A stretch of DNA of 64,000 nt from positions 1-64,000 of IMG/VR virus record IMGVR_UViG_3300027151_000002; one strand, 5' to 3'. The DNA is from a virus. A program made the translations under genes and the position numbers. The notes under the pieces were generated by a model. The model saw only the letters and a list, made by a program, of their open reading frames with translations. It ran no database searches and was not told the DNA's origin. Shown here piece after piece: positions 16,146-26,201 of the stretch (position 1 is its first letter; every line of letters starts with the position of its first letter).

Positions 16146-16644
16146 GGCGCAAGTCTATAAGAGGAAGCAATGCAGATTGCGGAACGAAATAAGCTGGTCT
16201 TCCGCCCGCAGGATCTTTTCTCCATTGTTCCTTCATGGCATCCTCACTCTTTATCCAACCATGGAGAAGAGTGATTTTGTTTTGTATCGTAACTAACACT
16301 AAGGTTTTTCCCGGCTTCTCGTCTAATTGGCAGATGAGATCGTAATCATGACGAGAGCGTGTTTTCACATCAATATTTGGAGGCAGGTCTGAAGAGCCTC
16401 GCTTTGCTTCTGTTTCTTGATAGAGAAACTCCCGTAGCTGGAGATAATCTGCCACTGCTAATTCGCCAGCGGCGCCAAGCTTGTGAAAGAACAAAGCCTT
16501 ATCACCATCAGCCGGACCACCATTGCGCCCTTTTAAGCCTTTCTTCTCATTTACGAGCTGCCTGCGCATGGCTTCTGCCCGCACAAGCTCCTTGTCTTTG
16601 TCGCTGAAATGAAAAACAATGCCAAAGCTGGCCATAGTGTGCAT
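16129..16644 (-). CDS. hypothetical protein, PD-(D/E)XK-like
   Basis: GAAGELAVA...SSD....IDVKT. Confidence 0.65.
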   Translation of the reverse strand: MHTMASFGIVFHFSDKDKELVRAEAMRRQLVNEKKGLKGRNGGPADGDKALFFHKLGAAGELAVADYLQLREFLYQETEAKRGSSDLPPNIDVKTRSRHDYDLICQLDEKPGKTLVLVTIQNKITLLHGWIKSEDAMKEQWRKDPAGGRPAYFVPQSALLPLIDLRHAEMF

Positions 16645-16710
16645 AAGCTACGCGCCAATGTAGCCAGGTTCTAGAATAAAAGCAACACATTATGGCCATA
16701 AATAAAGCTT

Positions 16711-18795
16711 ATGGAAAGCGAAGCAATTGATCTTGGTCACGTTGGTAGTGGTGGAGTGAGGGCTGATGGTCTTCAAAATGTGCTCATTGGCATGGGTACT
16801 GGTCGAGACAAGGCGCAATACACTAAGACCACTGCTACGATTTTCTTAGCCCAAGAAGAACTAGAAAATCTTTATGGCGAATGGCTTCCTCGTCGCATTG
16901 TTGATATTTATGCTGACCAAGCCACGCGGAAAGGCTTCAAAGTATTGTTTGGCGGAGACGGCGTCAGAGCCGAAGAAGTGCAGGGCATTGAACAAGTAAT
17001 TGAAGACCTCTACATCCTTGAACACCTCAACCTCGCAGCGAAGAACGCCCGCCTTTATGGGGGTGCTTGTCTACTTCTCTTTATTGACGATGGCCGTCCC
17101 GCTTACATGCCTGTCGATAAACGCAACATTCGTCGGATTGAAGACATTGAATGTCTTGATCGATGGCAAATTGCGCCCGTCATTAATGAAGAAAACTTAT
17201 ACGACTATTCAAAAGCCACTTATTATCAGATCATCTCTGGTGATTTAATTAACCAGCCGCAACTTTCTTATATCCATAAAGATAGGATTTTGCGTTTTGA
17301 TGGTGACTGGCTTCCTTATCGCGTGAGGCAGCGTAATTATGGCTGGGGCATGAGCAGCTTGCAAACTGTTTATGACAGCTTTAGGCATTATTGGACAGGT
17401 TTGAATTCAGCAGCAACGCTCCTCACTGAATTTGACATTTTTGTTCATAAAGTGAGAGGCCTTGCATCAATGCTGGCTGCTGGCAAGGAAAGTTCCATTC
17501 GTGATCGTTTGCAAGTGAATGACATGAGCAAGAGCATCTATCGCGGCTACGCGATTGATGCGGAGAAGGAGGAGCTTGAATTTATTAGCCGCAACTTTGG
17601 AGGCATTGGAGAAATCCTTGAGAAACTGCGCGTAGACATTATTGGCGCCAGCAAGATTCCCCATACAGTGCTGTTTGGCGAGAGCCCCAGTGGTCTTGGT
17701 TCCACTGGTCGCAGCGAAGAGCGTGATTTTGCGAAGACTCTTGCTGATTATCAAAGCGTCCATTTCAAGCGGCCCATCAAGAAGCTGATGGAAATGATCA
17801 TGCTGAGCAAGGAGGGTCCGACGAACGGAGAGCTTCCTGAATCGTGGCGCATTGCTTTCAATCCATTGTTTGAGCTTAATGAGCGCGAAATGGCTGACGT
17901 ACGGGCGCGCGTGGCGGCCGTAGACGGTCGTTACATCCAGCTAGGCGTACTGAGTCCCAAGGAAGTGGCAGATGCCCGTTATGGCGGTTCTGAATGGAGC
18001 ATGGAACTCACACTCGATCCGTCCGTAGTGCGGGAACTTCCCACTCAAGCTGGGGGTGGTTCCACTCAGAAAGGGGGTGACGGAAAAATGGCAGTGCCTC
18101 CTGGTGGCCGTGATCCCATGAACGAGGAAAACGGTACGCTTCCCATGGACGGTAGTCGTGAAGTGGAAGATTCCGCTGGCCTTTATCTTCCTGGCGATTT
18201 AGAGAAAGTTCGTGGTGACGTAACCTTCACTGACAAAGAGCTGCATTCACGAGCAGTGAGCGCTGCCAAGAGCAAGTTTAAAGTGTGGCCCTCGGCTTAT
18301 GCCAGTGGTTACGTGGTGCAACAGTACAAGCAAATGTACAAGAAGAAGCACGGTTCACTGAGTGGAGCATTTAAGAGCGACGAACAGGAGCTTCATGCTG
18401 ATGATCTTGACAAATGGTTCAAGGAAAAATGGGTGAGGATTGGCGCCAGCGGCGAAATTCTTGGTCCCTGTGGCGCTCGTGAAGAGAAAGAAGGCAAGCC
18501 TAAGTGTCTTCCGCAAGCCAAGGCGCAAGCCATGAGCAAAGAAGAGCGTCAAACAATTGTTGCTCGTAAGCGCAAAGCTGATCCCGATCCCGAACGTAAA
18601 GGAAAAGCAAAGAATGTGAGTAGCAAAGTTGATGCGATGGAGCCCATGAAAGTGGAAGGCCTCATCCTTTCTGACCTTGACGAAGCTGCATTAATTAGCC
18701 CTGAAGACATTGATGCTGCATTGAACCAATGGAAGGAGGAAGCGCCTGAGCGTTTCAAGGATATTCTGGAGGCTGAAGATGCAAGGCCTGAATGA
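16711..18795 (+). CDS. portal protein (DUF1073 family) with long C-terminal extension
   Basis: RRIVD..A..ATRKG, ARLYGG, IH.DR, IP.TVLFGESP.GL.STG..E motifs; position at the start of the head module. Confidence 0.88.
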   Translation: MESEAIDLGHVGSGGVRADGLQNVLIGMGTGRDKAQYTKTTATIFLAQEELENLYGEWLPRRIVDIYADQATRKGFKVLFGGDGVRAEEVQGIEQVIEDLYILEHLNLAAKNARLYGGACLLLFIDDGRPAYMPVDKRNIRRIEDIECLDRWQIAPVINEENLYDYSKATYYQIISGDLINQPQLSYIHKDRILRFDGDWLPYRVRQRNYGWGMSSLQTVYDSFRHYWTGLNSAATLLTEFDIFVHKVRGLASMLAAGKESSIRDRLQVNDMSKSIYRGYAIDAEKEELEFISRNFGGIGEILEKLRVDIIGASKIPHTVLFGESPSGLGSTGRSEERDFAKTLADYQSVHFKRPIKKLMEMIMLSKEGPTNGELPESWRIAFNPLFELNEREMADVRARVAAVDGRYIQLGVLSPKEVADARYGGSEWSMELTLDPSVVRELPTQAGGGSTQKGGDGKMAVPPGGRDPMNEENGTLPMDGSREVEDSAGLYLPGDLEKVRGDVTFTDKELHSRAVSAAKSKFKVWPSAYASGYVVQQYKQMYKKKHGSLSGAFKSDEQELHADDLDKWFKEKWVRIGASGEILGPCGAREEKEGKPKCLPQAKAQAMSKEERQTIVARKRKADPDPERKGKAKNVSSKVDAMEPMKVEGLILSDLDEAALISPEDIDAALNQWKEEAPERFKDILEAEDARPE

Positions 18796-19462
18796 TTTAT
18801 CAACGTTCACAGCCATTCTTGAACAGCGTTTTGACCAATCCTCATGGCGCTACGATCCCGTTAGTGGCCGTTATCGCGGAAGCAATGGACGGTTCCTCAG
18901 TCAGTCTGCCGTGGAAGCTTTGGTGGATGGTCGAATTAACAAGCTTGGCACTTTGTTGCGTCGTCTTACAAACATGCTTGATGACGGCAGCATTAGCTTG
19001 GTTCAATGGCAAGAAAGCGTAAGAGAAACGCTTAAGCTTGCTCATACACAAGCGGCGATCATTGGCAATGGTGGACGGGATACGATGCAAGCTTCGGACT
19101 GGGGCCGCATCGGTCAGCGCCTTCGTGCGGAATACCGTTATCTGGAGAGTTTTGCTCGCGATCTTCTGGCTGGGAGCATTTCTGCTCCCATGGCTCTTGC
19201 TCGTATCGGCATGTACGCTCAAGCTGTGCGAGGTTCTTACTGGGAAGGCACCACAATTCGCCAGGAGAAGCAAGGGTATAGCTTGATGAGGCGCATTCTC
19301 GATCCACAAGCGAAGCATTGTGACGACTGCTTGCGTTATGCAAGTCGAGGAGCTGTTTCCATTGGAAGTCTGCCCATGCCGGGCCAGCGGTGTGCCTGCA
19401 TGAGCAATTGCAAATGCCGCGTACAATACATGCGTCAACAAGCGCCAGTCGTGGCGGTTTGA
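18779..19462 (+). CDS. head morphogenesis (MuF/SPP1 gp7-like) protein
   Basis: follows portal; C-terminal HC.DC...PG..C.C.SNC.C. Confidence 0.7.
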   Translation: MQGLNDLSTFTAILEQRFDQSSWRYDPVSGRYRGSNGRFLSQSAVEALVDGRINKLGTLLRRLTNMLDDGSISLVQWQESVRETLKLAHTQAAIIGNGGRDTMQASDWGRIGQRLRAEYRYLESFARDLLAGSISAPMALARIGMYAQAVRGSYWEGTTIRQEKQGYSLMRRILDPQAKHCDDCLRYASRGAVSIGSLPMPGQRCACMSNCKCRVQYMRQQAPVVAV

Positions 19463-19464
19463 GC

Positions 19465-20190
19465 ATGGATGTATTAGTTGGAAGCACGGGCCTGATTGGA
19501 AGCGTTTTGCGCGAGCATCACGATTTTGATTGCCGCTTTAATTCTGAAAACATTCATCTTGCCCCGTTGCTGAAGGAGGATATTGACAAGCTTTATTTAG
19601 CTTGTTTACCAGCGGAAAAGTGGAGAGCAAATCAGGCGCCGATGGCTGACTTCGACAACATGTATCACGTCTTGACGAAGATCAGGCTATGGAAACCGAG
19701 GGAAGTCATTCTCTATTCCACCATCGATATTTATAGTCAAACTTATAAATATGTGGAGAACTTCCCGGAAATTCATTTCATTAACTATGGCTCCACGCGA
19801 TACATTTTTGAACTATTAATTAAGACTACTTTCCCTGATGCTGTAATTACCATCATTCGCTTGCCTGCATTATTTCACAAGCGCATCAAGAAAAACATCT
19901 TGTTTGATCTCCTTAATAACAATAACATTGAAAAGATCAATGCCAATTCTTGTTATCAATGGTACGACTTGAAAGACTTATGGCTTCACACTGAAGCTTG
20001 TCAAAAAGGCGGAGAGCATCAATGGTTTTCGGAGCCCATTGAAACATTAGAGATTATCGACCTGTGGTTTCCGTGGGCGAAAACAATGGTTGACTGCGGG
20101 CCACGCATTGAATATAACTATGCGCCTTATTTCTCCAGTAAGGAAACCACTTTGAAGAAGATGGAGGAGTTTATCAATGCTTGGAATTAG
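19465..20190 (+). CDS. NAD(P)-binding sugar epimerase/dehydratase-like protein
   Basis: N-terminal GSTGLIG; STIDIY; YG..R...E; IRLPALF. Confidence 0.8.
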   Translation: MDVLVGSTGLIGSVLREHHDFDCRFNSENIHLAPLLKEDIDKLYLACLPAEKWRANQAPMADFDNMYHVLTKIRLWKPREVILYSTIDIYSQTYKYVENFPEIHFINYGSTRYIFELLIKTTFPDAVITIIRLPALFHKRIKKNILFDLLNNNNIEKINANSCYQWYDLKDLWLHTEACQKGGEHQWFSEPIETLEIIDLWFPWAKTMVDCGPRIEYNYAPYFSSKETTLKKMEEFINAWN

Positions 20191-20917
20191 TGCAATTGGC
20201 TGGAAAGATGAAGAAGAGCATGAAATCTTAAGTGCTAATGCTGGGGCTTTTAATTTCATTGAACTGGTACCATCTCGCATCTTTGCCAGAAACGAAGACT
20301 TTGGCGACATTGCAAAGCGCTACAGGGAGCATTATGGGCTTTGGGCGTATTCTGCTCAGGCACTGTTCTACGACAGTGCCGTTCAAAGCTTTGAAGACAC
20401 TGCTGCCACGCAAGAGCATTTGCTGAGAGTGGTGAAGCTTGGCTCGCTGATGGGCATTAAGCGCTTTGTCCTTGGTAGCCCCGCTTTGCGCCGGGGCAGC
20501 CCGTCAAGCTTGATGGAAGTTTTGAAGCGCATGGATTCAATCCTGGAGGCTAATGATGCCATCCTTTGCATTGAACCTATTGCCAAAGCATTTGGTGGAA
20601 AGTATTTCTACACAGTCGAGGAGATTATCAATCACATTGATTTTTACAATTTGCGCAATGTAAAAACAATGCTTGATACAAACAATGCTTGGTTACAGGG
20701 CGATAGTCCGACAAAGATTATTAAGCATTATTTCCGCTTCGTTGCTCATGTTCATATCAGCGACACTGACAATGGTCCTATTTTGAACCAGTATGAACAC
20801 AAGCAAATCAAACGGCTTTTAGTTGCAAGCAGCTACCAAGGCGGAATCACTCGCGAGCTTGTAAACGTTTCTCAACATCATCGAGAATATCCGTTGTTTA
20901 GGCAGCTTTATGGCTGA
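20177..20917 (+). CDS. sugar phosphate isomerase/epimerase (TIM barrel)
   Basis: VLGSP..R, CIEP, MLDT, HVHISD. Confidence 0.8.
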   Translation: MLGISAIGWKDEEEHEILSANAGAFNFIELVPSRIFARNEDFGDIAKRYREHYGLWAYSAQALFYDSAVQSFEDTAATQEHLLRVVKLGSLMGIKRFVLGSPALRRGSPSSLMEVLKRMDSILEANDAILCIEPIAKAFGGKYFYTVEEIINHIDFYNLRNVKTMLDTNNAWLQGDSPTKIIKHYFRFVAHVHISDTDNGPILNQYEHKQIKRLLVASSYQGGITRELVNVSQHHREYPLFRQLYG

Positions 20918-21861
20918 GCAATAATTTGCCTAGCCATGCTTTCAATGGCATAGATGCCTTGAATTTTGCCTGTGAAGAAAGAGAATAGATTTTCGTCTTG
21001 GCGCATTAGTGGCGTGCGATTGGCGCTACTGTCTTTTGTTTTCGCTTTAATTGAAAGAGTGGGGAATAGATAGTCAAAACTATCAGCGAAGCTTGGCCAG
21101 TAGCGCTCCACATGCTGCTCAATTAACTGCCTCACATTGTCCGCATTGTCGAGCGAGTTGTCGCTCATAATACCATGCTTCACATGGCTTAATGAGAAGC
21201 ATTTGTCGTTATATGGGTAGATGGAGAATAGTTCTCCGTCGATATACGTGAGGGCGCCAAAGGGAATAGGAGTCTTCGGGCGATAAATAAACATTGCCAC
21301 TGCTTCAAAGAAATGAGAAGGCAATGGCTCCAAGAGGGCATTGTTAGTGCAATCAAAAACAAAATCGTAATCTTGCTTTAGCGCCTGCAGATTACATTGC
21401 TGAATCTTTTCCTTTTTCACCAACGGCTCTAAGCACCATTGGAAATATAAGCTTGCTCCAATGGCGTCAATACGCTTTTCGGGCGTATTTAGCAAAAGCG
21501 ATGTGTGGTTAAAGGCTTGTGGATCTAGCGAAGCGTGCGGACCATTCCCAAAAATAATTGAAATGGTTTCAGCGTCAAGAAGACTTTCATCTTCCGAAAC
21601 TGCATAGTAATTATTTTCTACATCATGAACTAAATCACCATAGTCCTCCATAAAGCGCACGAAAGTGGTGGCGCACAAGCGGCGAGTGGCAGCATTTCTG
21701 GCATAGTGATAGCCATAGTGCAAGCGGTTTTGATTGATAAAAGACGTTTCTGAAATGAGCGTATGATTCTTTTCATACAGCGTCACTTCCATTTCATTAC
21801 GAAGTGCCATTGCTAAATGGCATCCCACCCAGCCTCCGCCAATAATTGCTACACGCTTCAT
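20908..21861 (-). CDS. FAD-dependent oxidoreductase
   Basis: IIGGGWVG; S..NQ.RLH.GYHY.R; GKI. Confidence 0.85.
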   Translation of the reverse strand: MKRVAIIGGGWVGCHLAMALRNEMEVTLYEKNHTLISETSFINQNRLHYGYHYARNAATRRLCATTFVRFMEDYGDLVHDVENNYYAVSEDESLLDAETISIIFGNGPHASLDPQAFNHTSLLLNTPEKRIDAIGASLYFQWCLEPLVKKEKIQQCNLQALKQDYDFVFDCTNNALLEPLPSHFFEAVAMFIYRPKTPIPFGALTYIDGELFSIYPYNDKCFSLSHVKHGIMSDNSLDNADNVRQLIEQHVERYWPSFADSFDYLFPTLSIKAKTKDSSANRTPLMRQDENLFSFFTGKIQGIYAIESMARQIIAQP

Positions 21862-22556
21862 CAGATGTCAATACAGAGGTGGGGTTGTACGCCTTGCCAG
21901 TTGCTTTTAGCTTTAGCAAGGTGCAATTGCGGGAAGTATTCAATACGGCGCTGCATGCCAGTGCCATATGGATCTGCATGTCCTTGATAGTTCCATTCAT
22001 CAGGACCGTGCTTGTCTGGATGGTAAATATGGCAAGGCACATCTTGGAGCTTCCAGAGCATGTAGTCTTCGTTTGGCACGCCCCACTGCTTCCATTGCTG
22101 CAATGCTTCAGGAGAGCTGTCTAAGTTTTTGATGGCCATCAAGCGCTCTTTGTGAGTCATGAGGTAGTCGTAGCGATAAAGCCCGATGCTCATTGATGGC
22201 GTTTGTTTCATTGCCACTTTCTCTGGGGCCTCCACGGGAGGCTCATAAGCCAATGCTTTAAAGAGGGGGCCTGCAATGCAAGTGTCGTGAAGAAGAAACC
22301 AATATTTGCTTTCCATTGAATGCTCCACAATTTCAATGAGCGGCGTGTATTCAAAGGAATTCTGCTGCGTCAGCAGCATTGGCACGCCTTTGTAGCTTGT
22401 ATTGGCGCGAACAGTTTGTCCGCCATTGACAATCAAAATTTCCTCTTGCTTGATGCCAGCAGCAAGCAAACTGGGAATGATGACGGGAATCGTATGCGGG
22501 GCAAACTTCTTGCACGTACTAATGCAAAAGCGTATTGAGGCGGGAGGCAGTGTCAT
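21861..22556 (-). CDS. glycosyltransferase-like protein (GT-A)
   Basis: NSFEY...YWFLLHDTC pattern; lies in the sugar cluster. Confidence 0.55.
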   Translation of the reverse strand: MTLPPASIRFCISTCKKFAPHTIPVIIPSLLAAGIKQEEILIVNGGQTVRANTSYKGVPMLLTQQNSFEYTPLIEIVEHSMESKYWFLLHDTCIAGPLFKALAYEPPVEAPEKVAMKQTPSMSIGLYRYDYLMTHKERLMAIKNLDSSPEALQQWKQWGVPNEDYMLWKLQDVPCHIYHPDKHGPDEWNYQGHADPYGTGMQRRIEYFPQLHLAKAKSNWQGVQPHLCIDI

Positions 22557-22616
22557 TTTTCCTGTTTTGCCATCAGTATAAAAGCCCCTTAAGATGACGA
22601 AGATTCAGAGGAGACT

Positions 22617-23840
22617 ATGGCTCGCATTCTTTATTGTGGTGATGCGTTTGTAGAAACAGGCTTTGGGCGAGTGGCTCAATACTTGCTCCCTGCATTAGCA
22701 GAAGAGCATGAAGTGGCAGTATTGGCAGTCAACTACCATGGCGATCCTCATCCAGAAGCGAAGAACTATACGGTCTATCCTGCAATGCTGCATGGAAACG
22801 ATCCCTTTGGCTCCCACCGCGTTGCAAGTGTCATTCAAACCTTCAAGCCAGACCTCGTGTGGGTGACTAATGACATCTGGATTGCTTTGCAGCTATGGGA
22901 AAAAGCTAAGCCGTTTAAAGAGCAGCTTGGTTTCAAATGGTTTGTCTACACTCCCATTGACTCGTACGGCCTGTTTCCAGACCTTGCAGCTCCCATGATG
23001 GAATGGGATGGCTTGGCAACTTACACAGAATTTGCCAAGAAAGAGCTTGAGCTAATGGGTTATACAAAGCCCATTCGCATCATCGGTCATGGCACTGATT
23101 TCACAAAGTTCTTCCCCATGGACAAGGAAGAATGTCGCAAGAAGCTTGGCGTGCCAGATGATGTGTTTGTCGTGTTTAATGGCAACAGGAATCAACCGCG
23201 CAAGCGCATTGATCTGACAATTAAAGCATTCATCAAGTTTGCTAAAGGCAAGGACGACGCTCGTCTATGGCTCAATATGGGCAGTAAAGACTTGGGGTGG
23301 GAATTAATCCCCCTGTTTAAGCGTGTGGCGCGTGACGAAGGGTTTGACCCCACTAGCAAACTCATCTTGACAAGTCCACATTTTTCAGTTGATAACTGTC
23401 TTCCTGTTGAGCAGCTTAATCAAGTGTATAACGCTGCTGATATTGGCATTAACACTTGCATTGGCGAGGGATGGGGCCTGGTCAACTCGGAGCACGGTTC
23501 CACTGGCGTGGCGCAAGTGGTTCCTGACCATACAAGCCTGGCTGAAATCTTTGATGAAGTGCCGCGCATTGAATGTAATGCCAGTGAAACTGACAGGAAT
23601 TATGGCTTGGAACGTTTGCTTCCCGATCCGCAATCTGCCGCAGACATTCTCACTTACTACTACGAGAACCGCGACGTTCTGAAGCAGCATGGACAATGGT
23701 GCTACAAGCGTCTCCATGAGGAGCCTTTCACATGGCCTTATATTCAACAGCAGCTTAAAGACGCAGTGAATGAAACTCTTGCTGCTAAGCCAGCGGAGCC
23801 CGAATTTAAGGGCTTCGGTACTCCTGCCAAGATTGCTTGA
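22617..23840 (+). CDS. GT4 glycosyltransferase
   Basis: TGFGRV, NRNQPRKR, GEGWGL...E. Confidence 0.88.
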   Translation: MARILYCGDAFVETGFGRVAQYLLPALAEEHEVAVLAVNYHGDPHPEAKNYTVYPAMLHGNDPFGSHRVASVIQTFKPDLVWVTNDIWIALQLWEKAKPFKEQLGFKWFVYTPIDSYGLFPDLAAPMMEWDGLATYTEFAKKELELMGYTKPIRIIGHGTDFTKFFPMDKEECRKKLGVPDDVFVVFNGNRNQPRKRIDLTIKAFIKFAKGKDDARLWLNMGSKDLGWELIPLFKRVARDEGFDPTSKLILTSPHFSVDNCLPVEQLNQVYNAADIGINTCIGEGWGLVNSEHGSTGVAQVVPDHTSLAEIFDEVPRIECNASETDRNYGLERLLPDPQSAADILTYYYENRDVLKQHGQWCYKRLHEEPFTWPYIQQQLKDAVNETLAAKPAEPEFKGFGTPAKIA

Positions 23841-23845
23841 TCGCC

Positions 23846-24562
23846 ATGCAAATTTCACAAATTTTTCTTTCTACTGATCCAGCGGAAGAGCTGAGTCCAT
23901 TTCTCAAGCATGCCACTGGAACTATTGACGCATGTTTTCCTGATGCTGAGCATGTCATTTACAACAATGACATGCTTCGTGCTTTCATTGCTGAAAACTA
24001 TGGGGAGGAGGTGGTATGGGCGTATGATTGCCTGGCGCCATTCTCTTACAAGGCGGACCTTGGTCGATTCTGCTTGCTGAATAAACTTGGCGGCTGGTAT
24101 TTTGACATTGGCGTGAGAGCCTTTAATGCAGTGGACCTTGGTGATCGCATTGAATTTTTGGCTTTTCGTGATATTCAACGCTTTAGCTACACAAGCTGGG
24201 CCTGTGCTACAACCGTGCTCTATTCCAAGCCAAACAATGCGGCGCTACAAACTGCCATTGAAATGATTGTGGCCAATTGCATTGAGCAATACTATGGCAT
24301 CACGCCATTGTGCCCCACTGGCCCCACTCTTCTAGGTAAAGCGCTTGCCGTAAATGGCAGCCAAGCTAATTTTGTCTATGGTGACTACCTTGAACTGACG
24401 CCTACACATGGTCAGAAGAACAGAGCGTTCGTATTGCCCGATGGTACGATTATGGCCTGGAGCAAGCCTGCAGGAGGTGGCGATCTCACTGGCCTTGGGG
24501 CTAAGGGCGTAAACAATTACAACGAGCTGTGGGCGTCGAGGAAAGTTTATGCAACCGTCTGA
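23846..24562 (+). CDS. GT32/OCH1-like DXD glycosyltransferase
   Basis: KADLGRFCLL..LGGWYFD; TGP.LL. Confidence 0.85.
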   Translation: MQISQIFLSTDPAEELSPFLKHATGTIDACFPDAEHVIYNNDMLRAFIAENYGEEVVWAYDCLAPFSYKADLGRFCLLNKLGGWYFDIGVRAFNAVDLGDRIEFLAFRDIQRFSYTSWACATTVLYSKPNNAALQTAIEMIVANCIEQYYGITPLCPTGPTLLGKALAVNGSQANFVYGDYLELTPTHGQKNRAFVLPDGTIMAWSKPAGGGDLTGLGAKGVNNYNELWASRKVYATV

Positions 24563-25265
24563 TTGCACCATTTATGCCGTGTGCATTCCTGGTGAGAAGG
24601 TGAGATATGAAGCCCGGTCTCGCATTGTTCCCATTATGGGAGGAGCATATGCTTTGTCTAGTGAGGAGCGTGAAACGCTCCGCAGGCAAGGTTACGTGTT
24701 TGACGATGAGAATGCTTCTCTTTCCACTCGTAATAGTCGATGGGGAGAATTGTCTTGTATTTCTTGGATGATTCTCAATGCCAATGAAAAGAATATTGGC
24801 AATGCACAATACAGGCGTAATTGGCTGGAACCAAATGATCAATGGTACGACGAGAATACGTTGTATTTCCCAGAACCCGCATTGTTCAACTGCACATTAG
24901 AGCAGCAGTTTTATGGTGGGCATTCTGCTTTTGATGCTCCTGCTATCACTAGGGAAATTGCGGATTCAGGAAGCTGGCTCTTTTCAAGGGAAGAAATTGA
25001 TGCCATCTGGAAGCAAAACAGCTTTATTGGCTGCAATATGGCCAGAGGAAGCAATGTTCAATACAAGCAATTTATGAGCGCATTGTTTGTGGCATTGGCC
25101 CCCATTTGGCACAAGCATGAAGAACAGTTTCTTCGCATTGGAGGCTATGACAAGAGGGCATTGGCTTTTATTGCCGAGCGTCTTATTACTGGCATGGTTT
25201 TGTATCGCGACAAACTTTTTCCTGACATGAATATTGCCACTGCTCCTATAGGATTCATCCATTGA
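24549..25265 (+). CDS. DUF4422-like glycosyltransferase
   Basis: N..WGEL...W....IG.AQYRR; CNM; R..AFIAERL. Confidence 0.75.
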   Translation: MQPSDCTIYAVCIPGEKVRYEARSRIVPIMGGAYALSSEERETLRRQGYVFDDENASLSTRNSRWGELSCISWMILNANEKNIGNAQYRRNWLEPNDQWYDENTLYFPEPALFNCTLEQQFYGGHSAFDAPAITREIADSGSWLFSREEIDAIWKQNSFIGCNMARGSNVQYKQFMSALFVALAPIWHKHEEQFLRIGGYDKRALAFIAERLITGMVLYRDKLFPDMNIATAPIGFIH

Positions 25266-25291
25266 TTATGCTTAAGAAAAGCATTTAGGCC

Positions 25292-25543
25292 ATGACCAAG
25301 AAAGAAAAGCAGGCAAAAATCGCCAAGGTAATGCGTGAATTTAAAGGGGGCAAGCTGAAGAGCAGCAGTGGTGAACCAGTGAAGAGCCCGAAACAAGCTC
25401 TGGCAATTGCCCTGTCCGAAGCTGGTATGTCGCGCAAACCGAAGAAAGATATGAGCGACGAATACTATATGGGGTTCTTTAAGGAGCTTGCTGGTGAGGA
25501 AGAGGAGGAGGAAATGGATGGGAGTTGCGGAAAAAAGCACTGA
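25292..25543 (+). CDS. DUF6496-like small basic protein; N-terminal part of a frameshift fusion
   Basis: KIAKVMREFK.GKLKSSSG..VKSPKQA.AIALSEA. Confidence 0.8.
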   Translation: MTKKEKQAKIAKVMREFKGGKLKSSSGEPVKSPKQALAIALSEAGMSRKPKKDMSDEYYMGFFKELAGEEEEEEMDGSCGKKH

Positions 25544-25890
25544 GGGGAGACGCTGAAAGCTTCTCCCCTCCTGCTGCCGTAAGGAGCGCTGCCCGTCGTG
25601 GCTTAGAGCTGCGAAAGAAACACGGCAAAGGCGGTTTGACGACGCAGGAGGCGGGGAAGCAGGGTATTGGTAGTGGCGTGGCAAGAGCCGGCGACCTTGC
25701 TGGCGGCAGCAAAATTAGCTACGCCACTATCAAGCGCATGTCTGCGTTCTTTTCTCGCCATGAAAAGAATAAAAGTGGTGGCGAAAATGATGCTGGATAT
25801 ATTGCTTGGCTTTTATGGGGAGGCGATGCCGGGAGGGCATGGGCAAATCGCATCATTAAAATGGTGGAAAGTCGAAACAAAGATCAATGA
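25525..25890 (+). CDS. conserved phage head-associated domain, probably reached by -1 frameshift
   Basis: PP..VR..A.RGLE...GVARA...RM..FF.RH...IAW.LWGG.AG..WA; no ATG start; A_AAA_AAG at 25531-25537. Confidence 0.75.
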   Translation: MRKKALRGDAESFSPPAAVRSAARRGLELRKKHGKGGLTTQEAGKQGIGSGVARAGDLAGGSKISYATIKRMSAFFSRHEKNKSGGENDAGYIAWLLWGGDAGRAWANRIIKMVESRNKDQ

Positions 25891-26201
25891 GCGAATACGT
25901 ACGCGTCATCGAACAAGAGGATGAAGGCATTGGTCTTTTACAGGCGCTGTCTATTCTTTCTTCCAACGAGCATCGCAATACTTCTCGGTGGGAACTGGTG
26001 GAGAAGCAATGCTTTAAGAATGGGCGACTAGATGAGACGCATATCTATGTGATGAGTGTTTACGAAAAGCCTGACCCTCATTTTGAGCCAACTAAATTTC
26101 TAACGTTTGAAATTGAGGCAATGGCAAAATCGTACATCATGGAAGGCATTGAAGACCAGCTTCGTGATATTCGCGGAGAAGATGACGAAGACGAAGACTA
26201 A
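25887..26201 (+). CDS. hypothetical protein
   Basis: ATGA overlap. Confidence 0.7.
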   Translation: MSEYVRVIEQEDEGIGLLQALSILSSNEHRNTSRWELVEKQCFKNGRLDETHIYVMSVYEKPDPHFEPTKFLTFEIEAMAKSYIMEGIEDQLRDIRGEDDEDED

